From Bacteroidia bacterium (GTDB lineage: Bacteria > Bacteroidota > Bacteroidia > JAIBAJ01): a stretch of DNA of 64,000 bases. The stretch is from positions 5,052 through 69,051 of the forward strand of contig JAIBAJ010000005.1 in NCBI GenBank assembly GCA_019695265.1. Reading direction: 5' to 3'. Below, one piece after another: positions 39,770 to 50,108 of this stretch. Within the stretch, counting starts at the first letter, position 1, and each line of letters starts with the position of its first letter. Below the pieces are notes generated by a model. It made no database searches and was not told the origin of the DNA. It worked only from the letters and a program-made list of their open reading frames with translations. A program made the translations under genes and the position numbers.

Positions 39770-40863
39770 ATACTAAATACCATCTGATTTGGTTGTCCTT
39801 TCTCGGACTTGCTGCTTGCAAAAACAAAAACCAAACCATTCGCCCTCAATTTCAACCTTTAACCGAAGCGGTGTATGCCTCCGGCGCACTGTATCCGGAA
39901 CATGAATACAAAGTGCTGGCCAATATTGACGGCTACCTCGAACAAGCCTTTGTGGTGGAAGGGGATAGCATCTCCAAAGGACAAACCTTGTTTAAATTGA
40001 GTTCCCATACCCGTGATGCGCAACAAAATGCTTCAGCCAATATTTACCGAATTACCCAAGAAAACGCCAAGGAAAACGCTCCGGTATTTATGGATTTGAA
40101 ATATAAAATTCAAACAGCTAAAACAAAACTATCCAACGATAGTGTTCAATACCTTCGCTATAAAAACCTCCTGGCCCAAAATGCCATTTCCAAAGCTGAA
40201 TTCGAACGAATAGAACTCCAATTCAAAGCCTCCTCAAACGATTTAAATTCCTTAAAAGAACAATGGGCTCGTTTGAAAAATTCTACCTTCCTTGAACTTC
40301 AACAAGCTGAAAGCAATTACAAAGTTATAAGCCTTCAACAAGGCGATGAACAAGTAAAAAGCTTTATCCATGGTTTGGTATTCGAAATCTATAAACAAGT
40401 TGGAGATGCCATTAAACCCAACGAACCTATCGCATTGGTTGGTGAAAAAGATAAGTTTATGGCCAAATTAAGTGTGGATGAAAGTGATTTCGAAAAAATT
40501 AAAATTGGTCAAACAGCTTTCATCTCCCTCGATGCCTTTCCGGGGAAGGTGTATCAAGCCAAAGTGAATAAAATCTTTCCTAAACTGAACAAAGTAGAAC
40601 AATCCTTTCGGGTGGATGTGGTATTTATTGACCCCTTGCCGGTAAAAATTTATGGGCTCAACCTGGAAGCCAACATTGTTGTTAATCAGGCTGAAAAGGT
40701 TCTAACCTTACCCAAGAAAGCCATACTTCCCGGCGATTCGGTACTGGTTCTTCAAGGCAAAGAGAAAAAAATGGTGAAAATTAAAAAAGGACTGGAAAAC
40801 ATGGAGTTTGTTCAAATACTCGAAGGCCTTAGTCCGGAAACCGATGTGGTGATTAATCAATAA
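39766..40863 (+). CDS. HlyD-family periplasmic adaptor (membrane fusion protein)
   Basis: 365 aa. Lipobox LGLAAC. Coiled-coil middle and a beta-barrel C-terminus (..KIGQTAFISLDAFPGKVYQAKV..). Confidence 0.75.
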   Translation: MNTKYHLIWLSFLGLAACKNKNQTIRPQFQPLTEAVYASGALYPEHEYKVLANIDGYLEQAFVVEGDSISKGQTLFKLSSHTRDAQQNASANIYRITQENAKENAPVFMDLKYKIQTAKTKLSNDSVQYLRYKNLLAQNAISKAEFERIELQFKASSNDLNSLKEQWARLKNSTFLELQQAESNYKVISLQQGDEQVKSFIHGLVFEIYKQVGDAIKPNEPIALVGEKDKFMAKLSVDESDFEKIKIGQTAFISLDAFPGKVYQAKVNKIFPKLNKVEQSFRVDVVFIDPLPVKIYGLNLEANIVVNQAEKVLTLPKKAILPGDSVLVLQGKEKKMVKIKKGLENMEFVQILEGLSPETDVVINQ

Positions 40864-40872
40864 CAGGAAAAT

Positions 40873-42138
40873 ATGAGCTTAGCCCTATCCTTTTCGATTG
40901 CCAAAACCCACCTGCTTGCCCGTAAAAAGCAAAGCATTGTGGCTATGCTGGGTGTAACCTTTGGGATTTCTATGTTCCTGGTAATGATTAGCTTCATGAC
41001 CGGAGTAAACCACTTTTTAAACGATTTAGCCTTGGACGGCTCTCCGCATATTCGACTTTACAACCCTGTAAAAACCGATAGGGTGGCAATTTTGGAAGAG
41101 CTTCAGAGAAAACAAGGTAAAACCAATGAATTGGTAGTGGTTCATCATCAACGACCCAAGAACGAATTACCTAAAATCTATAAGGGTATTCAAATTGCCA
41201 AAATCATTGAAAAAATGCCCAATGTGTATGGCGTTTCTCCACAGGTAACAACCCAGGTTTTCTATAACAACGGTCCTATTCAGATATCCGGAATGATCTG
41301 TGGTACCGATATCCTTAAAGAAAACAAACTCTATAACCTAACCAATAAAATGGAAACCGGATCCATCGAAGGACTACTCTTCAATCCGGAAGGAATCATT
41401 TTAGGAACCGGACTGGCAAAAAAAGTAAATGCAAAAATTGGTGACCGCATTAGCATCACCACTCCTTTCGGAAACACCTTGCTCCTAAAGGTTGTTGGAA
41501 CATTTAGTTTTGGAATTGCCACGGTTGACGATACCCGAAGTTATGCTTCCCTCGCTACTGTGCAAAAAATCCTGCAACGCGATCCGGGTTATGTGACCGA
41601 TATTCACTTAAAAATGAAAGATTATACCCAAGCCAAACCTTTTGCCAAACAACTCGAAAATATGTTTGGGTACAAAGCAGAAGATTGGGAAACAGCCAAC
41701 GCTGCTTTCTTTGCCGGTGATAAGATTCGAAATGTTATGACCGCTGTAGTTTCTATTACCCTCCTGGTAGTTGCCGGTTTCGGTATCTACAACATCATGA
41801 ATATGCATATCATCAATAAAATGAAAGATATTGCCATTTTAAAAGCTACCGGTTTCGAAGGACGCGACATAGTTACCATATTTTTACTCCAATCGATCAT
41901 CATCGGTGTGTTGGGTGGAATTCTTGGTATTAGTATCGGCTACTTCTTTTGCTACCTCATCTCCATTACTCCTTTCCCGGAAGGCAGTATTCTGAAAATT
42001 GAAACCTTCCCGGTTAATTTCGACCCCATGTTTTATGCAGCAGGCGTATTTTTTGGATTCCTTACAACCCTCTTTGCCGGTTACTTCCCTTCCATCAAGG
42101 CAAGCAAAATCGATCCGGTTGAAATCTTAAGAGGTTAA
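40873..42138 (+). CDS. ABC transporter permease, FtsX/MacB family
   Basis: 421 aa. N-terminal TM, a large periplasmic domain, and a C-terminal FtsX 3-TM bundle (..AILKATGFEGRDIVTIFLLQSIIIGVLGGILG..). Confidence 0.85.
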   Translation: MSLALSFSIAKTHLLARKKQSIVAMLGVTFGISMFLVMISFMTGVNHFLNDLALDGSPHIRLYNPVKTDRVAILEELQRKQGKTNELVVVHHQRPKNELPKIYKGIQIAKIIEKMPNVYGVSPQVTTQVFYNNGPIQISGMICGTDILKENKLYNLTNKMETGSIEGLLFNPEGIILGTGLAKKVNAKIGDRISITTPFGNTLLLKVVGTFSFGIATVDDTRSYASLATVQKILQRDPGYVTDIHLKMKDYTQAKPFAKQLENMFGYKAEDWETANAAFFAGDKIRNVMTAVVSITLLVVAGFGIYNIMNMHIINKMKDIAILKATGFEGRDIVTIFLLQSIIIGVLGGILGISIGYFFCYLISITPFPEGSILKIETFPVNFDPMFYAAGVFFGFLTTLFAGYFPSIKASKIDPVEILRG

Positions 42139-42148
42139 CCTATTTACC

Positions 42149-42820
42149 ATGGTACTTCAAGCTAACTCTATCATCAAATACTTCCATGAACCGGAAGACT
42201 TCCAGGTACTAAAAGGTATTTCGTTCGGTATCGAAAAAGGAACCTTTACCTCCATAGTCGGTAAATCAGGATGCGGTAAGTCAACGCTACTCTATATCCT
42301 GTCTACCATGGACACCGATTACCAAGGACAATTAGAAATTAATGGAAAAGTAGTTACCGGACTTAGTCAAAACGAACTTTCCCGATTTCGAAACCAACAC
42401 CTGGGATTCGTTTTCCAATTTCATTACCTGTTACCCGAATTCTCCGCACTTAAAAATGTCATGATTCCTGCCCTAAAACTCGGAAAGTTTAGCACGGAAG
42501 AAATTGAATCACAAGCCATCGAAAAACTGCGAATGGTGGGCATGGACGAATTTGCATTGAAACAATCCAGTAAACTCTCCGGCGGACAACAACAACGGGT
42601 AGCCATTGCCAGGGCTCTTATCAATAACCCAACCATTATCATGGCTGATGAACCAACCGGAAATCTGGATAAAAAAAATTCAACCAAGGTTTTTGATATC
42701 TTTATGGAATTGACCCAAAATAACAATCAAACCATCATTGCCGTTACCCACGACAATGAGTTTGCTGAAAAAGGCCACCGCATTATCGAAATGAGTGATG
42801 GTTTGATTATTCGCCAATGA
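42149..42820 (+). CDS. ABC transporter ATP-binding protein (MacB/LolD-type)
   Basis: Walker [13 protein letters not shown]-loop, signature [15 protein letters not shown], Walker [13 protein letters not shown]. Confidence 0.9.
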   Translation: MVLQANSIIKYFHEPEDFQVLKGISFGIEKGTFTSIVGKSGCGKSTLLYILSTMDTDYQGQLEINGKVVTGLSQNELSRFRNQHLGFVFQFHYLLPEFSALKNVMIPALKLGKFSTEEIESQAIEKLRMVGMDEFALKQSSKLSGGQQQRVAIARALINNPTIIMADEPTGNLDKKNSTKVFDIFMELTQNNNQTIIAVTHDNEFAEKGHRIIEMSDGLIIRQ

Positions 42821-43860
42821 AATTAGACCGTAAATATTACCCCTACATCGGAATTTTCTTGCTCTGCCTGATGGTAACTTTAATTCGGATTGCAATTTTT
42901 TTGCATTACCCTATTTTTAGTCGCTTCCCGGCTTATATCATGTTGATTGGCTTGCCCATACAATTTGTAGTTATGTCTGTGATTTGGAATGTGGTTCAAT
43001 GGATCAACAAACAGCTATCTCGAATATTACCTTTCGAGAATCGCCCAGTGATGAGAGTTTTAACTCAAGTGGTTGTATCTACCACCTTGTTTATGCCTAT
43101 TTTCATTGTTAGCGCACAACTAACCAAACCCTATGCTCCGGTAGAAATTACCCCTCCATTGTATATTCTGGGTCTGACCCTCGTTTTCATGATGCTGCTT
43201 CTGATGAATTTCGCTTTTTATGCTTTCGAATTCTTTACCCATTGGCAAGCGGCTACTGAAGAAAAAACCCGACTGAAATTACAAGCACATGCCCTCGCAG
43301 TGGAAAAATCCGAAATGCAATTTCACCACCTGCAAAATCAAGTAAATCCACATTTTCTTTTCAATGCATTGGCTTCGCTCGATAGCCTAATTCATAATAA
43401 CCCCCAATTAGCTACCCAATTCCTGGGACATCTTTCCAAGGTGTATCGCTATGTTCTGCAAAATAGCTCCAATAACCAGGTAAGCCTTCAGACCGAATTG
43501 GAATTCGTTGAACATTATGTTTCCTTACTCCATATTCGGTATGGCTTAGCCCTGCAAATTCAATTTGATATTCCTCCTTCTTGCCTCGATAAACTCATCG
43601 CTCCGGTTACCTTGCAAATGCTAATAGATAATGCTATTAAGCATAACGAAATCCACAAAGAGTATCCGTTACGTATTGAAATTCAAGCTAACGAATCCTA
43701 TTTATCGGTTCGTAACAATAAACAGAAGAGACAAGGTTTGACCGATAGCAATGGAGTAGGTCTTAACCAATTGCGAGAATTGTATTCCTATCTGGTGCCG
43801 GATGCCACCATTCAAATTGATGAAAGTAATCAGAATTTCGAAGTAAAAATTCCGTTTTGA
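42817..43860 (+). CDS. LytS/YehU-family sensor histidine kinase (membrane), with no cognate LytTR regulator nearby
   Basis: 347 aa. N-terminal multi-TM region. His_kinase motif NPHFLFNALASLDSLIH. HATPase motifs LIDNAIKHN and ..SNGVGLNQL. Overlaps the ABC ATPase stop by 4 nt (ATGA). Confidence 0.8.
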   Translation: MKLDRKYYPYIGIFLLCLMVTLIRIAIFLHYPIFSRFPAYIMLIGLPIQFVVMSVIWNVVQWINKQLSRILPFENRPVMRVLTQVVVSTTLFMPIFIVSAQLTKPYAPVEITPPLYILGLTLVFMMLLLMNFAFYAFEFFTHWQAATEEKTRLKLQAHALAVEKSEMQFHHLQNQVNPHFLFNALASLDSLIHNNPQLATQFLGHLSKVYRYVLQNSSNNQVSLQTELEFVEHYVSLLHIRYGLALQIQFDIPPSCLDKLIAPVTLQMLIDNAIKHNEIHKEYPLRIEIQANESYLSVRNNKQKRQGLTDSNGVGLNQLRELYSYLVPDATIQIDESNQNFEVKIPF

Positions 43861-43940
43861 TTTGCGCGCCTGACAACAAGTTCACAAATTCACTGGAAGT
43901 ATTTCCAATCAATTCGCATTTCAATTGATTGTTTTTGGTT

Positions 43941-44855
43941 TTAGTTTTTCCACTTCAGGGTTGTAATCGCTTCGTTTACAGTTAATTGTACAGGCAAACC
44001 CAGTGCTAATGGCAAATTCCGGAATATATGTCCGGCCTCCAAACCAAATGCCACCGGATAACCATACTCGCCCACAGCTTCCCGAACAATCTCTTCAACC
44101 GTTCGCCCAAATGGCTCTGCATTGTCCTTCATCTCACTCATCCCTCCAACTACCAGTCCTGCCAACCCTTTCAATTTCCCTGCCCGTTTCAGTTGCCAAA
44201 GCATACGATCAATATGATACAGGTACTCATCCAGATCTTCCAGGAATAGAATTTTTCCATCCAGGTCCAATTCTGAATCGGATCCCGAAATGGAATAAAG
44301 TATTGACAAATTCCCGCCAACCAATACCCCTTCTGAACTTCCAAACCGGTTGTTGGAATGGGGTTTAGCTATCATCGCTTCCAATCCTTTACCTTCCCAA
44401 AAATCTTTTAATCGTTGTAATGCCTCTACATCTACCGAATTGGGCTGAAAATTCAGCGACATTGGCGAATGTAAACTAGGTAATCCAACTTGTTGATGAA
44501 CATGGGCATGTAATACAGTAATATCGCTAAAGCCACATAACCATTTGGGATTGTTTTTAAATCCATCCCAACTCAATCCATCTACTATTCGCACAGTGCC
44601 GTATCCACCTTTTGCAAACAACACCGCTTTTATTTCCGGGTCATCCAGGAAAGCCTGTAAATCATGGGTTCGTTGGGTGTCATTGCCTCCAAACTGACGG
44701 TCTTTTTCAAAAATATACTTGCCCAATACTACCTCAAAACCCCATTCTTCCAAGGTATTCAAGCAGGGTTGAATGGCTTCCTTAGTAACAAATCGAGCAG
44801 TGCAACAAATGCCAATTTTATCCCCTTTTTTTAGGGAAGGTATCAAATGGTACAT
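43941..44855 (-). CDS. LD-carboxypeptidase (peptidase S66, LdcA/MccF family)
   Basis: 304 aa. LKKGDKIGICCTARFV N-terminus, then the conserved ..GFSDITVLH.. and ..LEAGHIFRNLPL.. S66 blocks. Confidence 0.8.
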   Translation of the reverse strand: MYHLIPSLKKGDKIGICCTARFVTKEAIQPCLNTLEEWGFEVVLGKYIFEKDRQFGGNDTQRTHDLQAFLDDPEIKAVLFAKGGYGTVRIVDGLSWDGFKNNPKWLCGFSDITVLHAHVHQQVGLPSLHSPMSLNFQPNSVDVEALQRLKDFWEGKGLEAMIAKPHSNNRFGSSEGVLVGGNLSILYSISGSDSELDLDGKILFLEDLDEYLYHIDRMLWQLKRAGKLKGLAGLVVGGMSEMKDNAEPFGRTVEEIVREAVGEYGYPVAFGLEAGHIFRNLPLALGLPVQLTVNEAITTLKWKN

Positions 44856-44860
44856 GGTAG

Positions 44861-45622
44861 TCAGGGCTGTTTAAAATACGGATCATTGGTTAAAAGCTCT
44901 TGTTCTAGTTGAGCATAAACCCTTTGTTTCAAAATCGGTACATCAGCTTCGGTTAAACCTAGCACCGAAATAGGTTCCAAAAATTTAACATGAATAGTAC
45001 CCGGACCTTGAATAAGCAAGGTGGGGTGTGGCATCAGGGTGCGAACATTAAATAGTACCACCGGCAACAAAGGAACCTGCATTTCTATTGCAATCCTAAA
45101 AGCCCCTTCTTTAAAAGGTCCCAGGGGATTAGGTCCGGTATTTCGGGTTCCTTCGGGCATAATTAATATGGAAAACCCTTGTTGAAGTTCTCGCTTTACC
45201 TGTTCCACGCTTTTTTTACGACTTTCTGCATCGTTTCTATCCACATTGACACAGCCTACCTTAAACAAAAAACCCATCACCGGTATATTACTTAACTCCT
45301 TCTTAGCCATCGCTTTAAACGGTATTGGTATGCCGGATGCCATCGCAAAAATATCCAAGGACGAGGAATGATTTCCTACCACTATATAATCTTTGCGTTG
45401 TTTAAAATACTCCAATCCTTCCACTTTCAGTTTCATCCCCATCAAAAAAATCCAGGCATTGCTCCAAGCCTGGTACCATGGAAAAAGCTTAAAAAAACTA
45501 CGTTTCCCATAAATCCAATATGCCACCAATGCCAGCGGGTAGGAGGTAGCTACAAAGGCAATAAATATGAAAAGACCCCAAAAGGTATACAGGAAACGAA
45601 GAAAATTCTTTACTGGTTGCAT
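44861..45622 (-). CDS. 1-acyl-sn-glycerol-3-phosphate acyltransferase (PlsC-like)
   Basis: N-terminal TM. HX4D motif VVGNHSSSLD. FKEGAFRIAIEMQVPLLPV matches acyltransferase block III/IV. Confidence 0.8.
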   Translation of the reverse strand: MQPVKNFLRFLYTFWGLFIFIAFVATSYPLALVAYWIYGKRSFFKLFPWYQAWSNAWIFLMGMKLKVEGLEYFKQRKDYIVVGNHSSSLDIFAMASGIPIPFKAMAKKELSNIPVMGFLFKVGCVNVDRNDAESRKKSVEQVKRELQQGFSILIMPEGTRNTGPNPLGPFKEGAFRIAIEMQVPLLPVVLFNVRTLMPHPTLLIQGPGTIHVKFLEPISVLGLTEADVPILKQRVYAQLEQELLTNDPYFKQP

Positions 45623-45717
45623 AACTATTATCTAGCAATAATACATAAATTCAGTCATACCATACAGCCTTGCTTCAGGAGTAAGAATAAGTAATTTGCT
45701 TTTTATACTCCTGTTTA

Positions 45718-45812
45718 CCAATGTTATTTGAAAAATATTCCAAGAACTAGTTTGAAAATTACAGTGGTAAATGCCGATGCAATAGCTGTTTGGCAGTTTT
45801 GGCATGCATCAT
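45718..45812 (+). repeat. Repeat S copy 2
   Basis: See 6538-6628. Same orientation, about 75% identity. Confidence 0.6.
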
Positions 45813-45949
45813 TGGCCTATTGCAGATTGGCAATCGGTATTAAATCCAAATTCAGCACAATCAGGTGGGTAATTAAGCCTTAAGTCTATTTTTTTCAAAA
45901 CCCACCGGATCCGATGTTTACATTCAAATTATGGCAGGTTCAAGTTGGT

Positions 45950-46128
45950 GCTTTTTTGGGGGGTTCCCCTAACGGGTCGGGCTTTCCGTTCCAATCTTTT
46001 TGCTCGTGCCTCGACAAAAAGGATTTCCACTGCAATCCCTAACCCGGGTGCAAGCTATACGTGGTGGTGCAGGTAATTAGCATGGTGCTTTCTAATAGCT
46101 TTCGCAGCAATTGAAATCTCCGATTGGC
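45950..46128 (-). repeat. Repeat R2 copy 2 (inverted relative to 6751-6925)
   Basis: Near-identical reverse complement of 6751-6925. Confidence 0.75.
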
Positions 46129-46242
46129 ATTAAAAAACGCCTTTCTCCATTGCCACCGCTGCAAACAAGGCCAAGTGGAAGTAAACCTCCCCCAAAAAAC
46201 CACGTTCATTCACCATCCCAAGCCCATTTCATAGTTACACCG

Positions 46243-46410
46243 GTTGGGTTTGCACCCCGGGCAACGATTGAGGCAAGTAGCCCACAGGACACCTACGGCG
46301 ATAGCCTAGGGGGACGAGGACTACAGCCGAAAGCGTGACCCGAACGCCATTTGCCTGTACATTGGTTGTGCAGGTAGTTGGTAGGCGTGAAGGGGGCCCG
46401 CCAACATACA
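46243..46410 (+). repeat. Repeat R1 copy (plus orientation)
   Basis: GGTTGGGTTTGCACCCCGGGCAACGATTGAGGCAAGTAGCCCACAGG..GGCGATAGCC..GAGGACTACAGCCGAAAGCGTGACCCGAACGCC..GGGGGCCCGCCAACATAC. Confidence 0.7.
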
Positions 46411-46451
46411 ATTAAAGAAAAATAAAGTGAGCGAATTTGTGTTGTTTCAGA

Positions 46452-49400
46452 CTAAAAATCCATACTAAGAGAAAGGTAAAATATGGGTTTTAGAATAATG
46501 CCATCCACTGCACCCCAGGCATAATCGGCTCGAATAAAGTAGCCTAAAATTTTAGTTCGTGCACCGAAACCAAAGCCATAAACCAAGGGGTCGGTCGTGT
46601 TTTTTAACTTAATGGTGAGTGATCCGTCCTGAATAATTTTGGTATTAAAGGTATTTCGATCAGAGTAGGGGGTTAATCCGTTCCAAGCCGTTCCAACATC
46701 GCCAAACCCAATCAATTGAAAATTGTTGATGAAGTCGGATTTGATAGGCCTATTAACCAAATAACGGAAAATTGGCCAGCGAATTTCGGAATTGATAACT
46801 GCAAAATTGGTTCCATTTCGAATATTTTGGTAGAAACCTCTCATATTGGTAGCAATGGCCTGGTATTGGTAATTTTCGGTTTGGGACACCGGAATAGAAT
46901 TGTCATACTTGGTACCTAACCAATTGTCTACTCCGCCCAGGTAATACAGCAGTTTTTCATTTCCCAGGCTTGAACTTCCGGCTACCCGGTTAGCCCAAAT
47001 CAAATCTCGGTGAATGCGGGTATAGTGTCTGAAATCGGCACCAACCACAGCGAAATAATTGGTATTGTTGAGGTGGTGATAGAACTCCCCAAAAATTTTG
47101 TAACGTGCCCCTTGGTAAAGGTTTAGGCCTCTTGAAATGGTATTATCGAAAATATATTCCAGTTTTACACCACCCAAATAGCTATTGTCGTTCGGTTTGC
47201 GCAAATTGGCTTCATCTACACTCAGGTAGGCAACCCTGTCGTGGCGACCCAGAATGGTGGCTTTAACTGCCGAATTCTCAGTAAATGGGTAACGCAAGAT
47301 ATAGCTTAGGGTGTGAGACTGAACCTTGTTAGGGTAATTGGCTGCGGGGTTTGAAAAGGCCTGGCGATGGAAAAACACCTGTTTATCGAGGCGTTTTTTG
47401 AGATTTTGCCAACTTAGAAAAAATTCATTGGAATTTAGATTGGCGGCCAGTCTAAAACCACCAACAATTTTATAGTCTTCGAACAGGTCGCTTGCACCTA
47501 ACTTAAACAATCCGTTGATTCCCGGATTAAAATAAACGGCGCCTCCACCGGTGTAACGCTGATAGGAGCTGGAGGTAAAAGAATTGTCTAATTGGGTTAC
47601 CACATAGTCGGTTGAGAACCGGATTTCATAGGGGCGTTGTTTAGCTAATTTAAAGGTGATGGTATCTTCTGCAAGTCCGGAGGCTCCGTGTTTTTGTTTA
47701 TCTTTTTCTTTGCGTTTAGACAACCTGTCTCCGCTGCCTGCCGGGTTATTGGTTTGGTTAACGGCATTGATGGAGTCGCGGATTAGTTCCACACCGGCCT
47801 TTTTCTTTGGGGCATAGGTTTCATTGGTAAAAACGTAATTGTCTATATCAATTTCATCGGGATTGGACTTAGTTTTGGGTGGTTCAATTTTGGGTTTTTC
47901 AACCGGGGTGGGTTTGGCTTGAACCTTTTCTTTTTTCTTGGTTTCCCGTTTAGAATCTTTTTCTTGCTTGGATCGAAAGAAGTTGGAACTTAGTTTTACT
48001 TCTTCTTTTTTATCGCTCGAAATGGGTTTGGTAAACAATTTATAGCGACCGTTTTCAAAGTATACTTCACCCAACACATTGGCTTTGGGGGCAGCATCCA
48101 TTTGCAAGAGGTTGCGTTGGTAATTGGTGATAGGGTAGGAGGTGGTGAACCAACGGTAATGGGTTATGGTATCTATAAAGGCAATGGTGCTGTCGATTCG
48201 GGCTAAATAGCGGTTTTGAATTCCGTTGGCATCGCTGATGTAGGCAAAGTGGGAGGTGTCGTAAGCAATAGGCATTATTTCATCGGCGAATTTGGTTGAA
48301 GAAACCCGCTTTAAAACCTGGCTTTTGGTTTTGTAGTCATAAATGAATAAATCGAGGTTGGCATCGCGGTGAACAATAGACGAATCTTTTGGTTTTATAG
48401 TATCATTCACCCGGTTGGAGCTAAATACTACTTCACGACTTTTATTGATAAACCTTGGATACAAATCATCCCAGGAATCTTTGGTAACCTGGAGATAGGT
48501 ATTGGAAATAATGTCGTAGATGAATATGTCACTTTGGCCAAATTGAACAGCCGAAAAGGCAAACTTTTTACCATCGTCCGAATAGGAGTAATCCAGTATT
48601 TTATCGAAGTTATGCAAGGGGCGAGTATCAATTTCTCGGGTATCAACATTGTACATCGAAAGCAGAATTTTACCTTTTTTCTCCGTAATCCAGCTTAGTA
48701 GTTGTCCACTTGGATGCCAGGCTAAAAGTGGATAGCTGTAATCGGTTTTTTGTACACTTCGGTATTCTTGTTTCAGTAACTTTTTCTGGCGTTTTTTAGA
48801 ATCCAGATTCTTTATGAAAATCCGGTACAAACCCATGTCATTCACTACATACGCCGCTTTTTGTCCATCCGGACTCAATTTCAAATTCTGATAAACCCTA
48901 CCTTTCCTGAAGCGTTTCAAAACCAGGTTGCCCTGAGGAGTTTCCAATTTTTTTAATGGCTCGATGTATTGTTTTTTGTAATACTCTTGCCATTGTTCTA
49001 CCAGGGTTTTCAATTGAACGCCCAAAACGAAGTTAAATCCATTTTCCACATTCCGGCTCACTCTGGTCATGTAAAGGATATCGGAAATAACCGATTTTCC
49101 GTAACTATCGGCAATAAAGCTCCACAAGGAATGCCCGGCATAGGTGGCCTGATCCCCGCTTAAACGATTCAGTTTGTTAAACTTTCCGGAAACGATTCCG
49201 TCTTTGACCTGGTTTTCTATATCGGCATTCCAGTCTTTTGAAATATACGATATCAACCCATTCATATACCACTCGGGAAGGTTTAAAAAGGCTGAGTTTC
49301 GGATAACATCTTTAATACTGCCACCATACATCATTTGTCCAATCATTACCTGAGCAATTCCGGCCCTGATTTGTTCTTCCAAATGCCGGTGGTCCCCATC

Positions 49401-49799
49401 GAAATACAGAACCATTTTACCGTCTACCAGGTGGGTGAGGCCGCCGGTATTATAGGTAACATCGGTATTTAGACCCAAATTGCTTTGCCTCAGGTCGGAG
49501 AGTTTGTTGTAAACAATAAATTGCAAGCGTTCGTCAATGGTATAATCAAAGCGTTTTTGAATTTCCACCATTGATTTTTCGGCGGTTTTGGCCGTATAAA
49601 TGGCCAATTCTTTACCACCCAAATAGAAGTAAATATCGTAATGTTCGTACCGGTAAAATTGCCAGAGAAATTCATTAAACTGGAGGCGGTTCTTACCAAA
49701 AGTCATTTGCGACCCGTTGTAAAACTGGGCATTGGCCTGCAGGCTGAGCAAACCTAATAAACTAGCATAAAAAAATCGACCAAGCAGTTTCACACGCAA
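46452..49799 (-). CDS. Large secreted protein with a TolB-like beta-propeller region and a C-terminal beta-barrel (hypothetical)
   Basis: 1115 aa. Signal MRVKLLGRFFYASLLGLLSLQANAQ. The middle region has PD40/WD40-like repeats (..YSDDGKKFAFSAVQFGQSDIFIYD..). The C-terminal ~330 aa have alternating hydrophobic beta-strands and end ..YLSLSMDF (terminal Phe). Confidence 0.5.
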   Translation of the reverse strand: MRVKLLGRFFYASLLGLLSLQANAQFYNGSQMTFGKNRLQFNEFLWQFYRYEHYDIYFYLGGKELAIYTAKTAEKSMVEIQKRFDYTIDERLQFIVYNKLSDLRQSNLGLNTDVTYNTGGLTHLVDGKMVLYFDGDHRHLEEQIRAGIAQVMIGQMMYGGSIKDVIRNSAFLNLPEWYMNGLISYISKDWNADIENQVKDGIVSGKFNKLNRLSGDQATYAGHSLWSFIADSYGKSVISDILYMTRVSRNVENGFNFVLGVQLKTLVEQWQEYYKKQYIEPLKKLETPQGNLVLKRFRKGRVYQNLKLSPDGQKAAYVVNDMGLYRIFIKNLDSKKRQKKLLKQEYRSVQKTDYSYPLLAWHPSGQLLSWITEKKGKILLSMYNVDTREIDTRPLHNFDKILDYSYSDDGKKFAFSAVQFGQSDIFIYDIISNTYLQVTKDSWDDLYPRFINKSREVVFSSNRVNDTIKPKDSSIVHRDANLDLFIYDYKTKSQVLKRVSSTKFADEIMPIAYDTSHFAYISDANGIQNRYLARIDSTIAFIDTITHYRWFTTSYPITNYQRNLLQMDAAPKANVLGEVYFENGRYKLFTKPISSDKKEEVKLSSNFFRSKQEKDSKRETKKKEKVQAKPTPVEKPKIEPPKTKSNPDEIDIDNYVFTNETYAPKKKAGVELIRDSINAVNQTNNPAGSGDRLSKRKEKDKQKHGASGLAEDTITFKLAKQRPYEIRFSTDYVVTQLDNSFTSSSYQRYTGGGAVYFNPGINGLFKLGASDLFEDYKIVGGFRLAANLNSNEFFLSWQNLKKRLDKQVFFHRQAFSNPAANYPNKVQSHTLSYILRYPFTENSAVKATILGRHDRVAYLSVDEANLRKPNDNSYLGGVKLEYIFDNTISRGLNLYQGARYKIFGEFYHHLNNTNYFAVVGADFRHYTRIHRDLIWANRVAGSSSLGNEKLLYYLGGVDNWLGTKYDNSIPVSQTENYQYQAIATNMRGFYQNIRNGTNFAVINSEIRWPIFRYLVNRPIKSDFINNFQLIGFGDVGTAWNGLTPYSDRNTFNTKIIQDGSLTIKLKNTTDPLVYGFGFGARTKILGYFIRADYAWGAVDGIILKPIFYLSLSMDF

Positions 49800-49896
49800 G
49801 ATAAAAGGAGGCTAAGGTAATAAATTTTGGAATTGCCTTTCCTGCTGTTGGTTTGAACAATCAAGGTTTTGCTCGTTTTCAGATTTCTTAACAGGT

Positions 49897-50070
49897 TTTT
49901 TGGTTTGTTGCTTTGGCGGGCTGCCTTTTGCCCAAAAAAAATCGCTGAACCCCAAAGCTTTCCACCAGGGCAAAAGTCACCGGGCTTTCGGCTGTAGTCC
50001 TCGCCCCCCAAGGCTAGCGCCGTTGGGGTTCTGTGGGCTACTTGCCTCTATCCCTGCCCGATGGTGCAAA
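49897..50070 (-). repeat. Repeat R1 copy (minus orientation), forming an inverted pair with 46243-46410 around the 1115-aa gene
   Basis: Reverse complement: GGGTTTGCACCATCGGGCAGGGATAGAGGCAAGTAGCCCACAG..GGCGCTAGCC..GAGGACTACAGCCGAAAGCC..GGCAAAAGGCAGCCCGCCAAAGC. Confidence 0.7.
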
Positions 50071-50108
50071 CCCATACTGCCGTCTTTCAAACCAATTGTT
50101 GCCGCTTA

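Noticed and set aside
46111-46338. 75-aa ORF, with similar short ORFs at 54377-54709 and 49900-50244
   Set aside because: They lie across R1/R2 repeat copies. Their translations are Pro/Ser/Gly-rich and differ between copies, so a conserved protein is unlikely.
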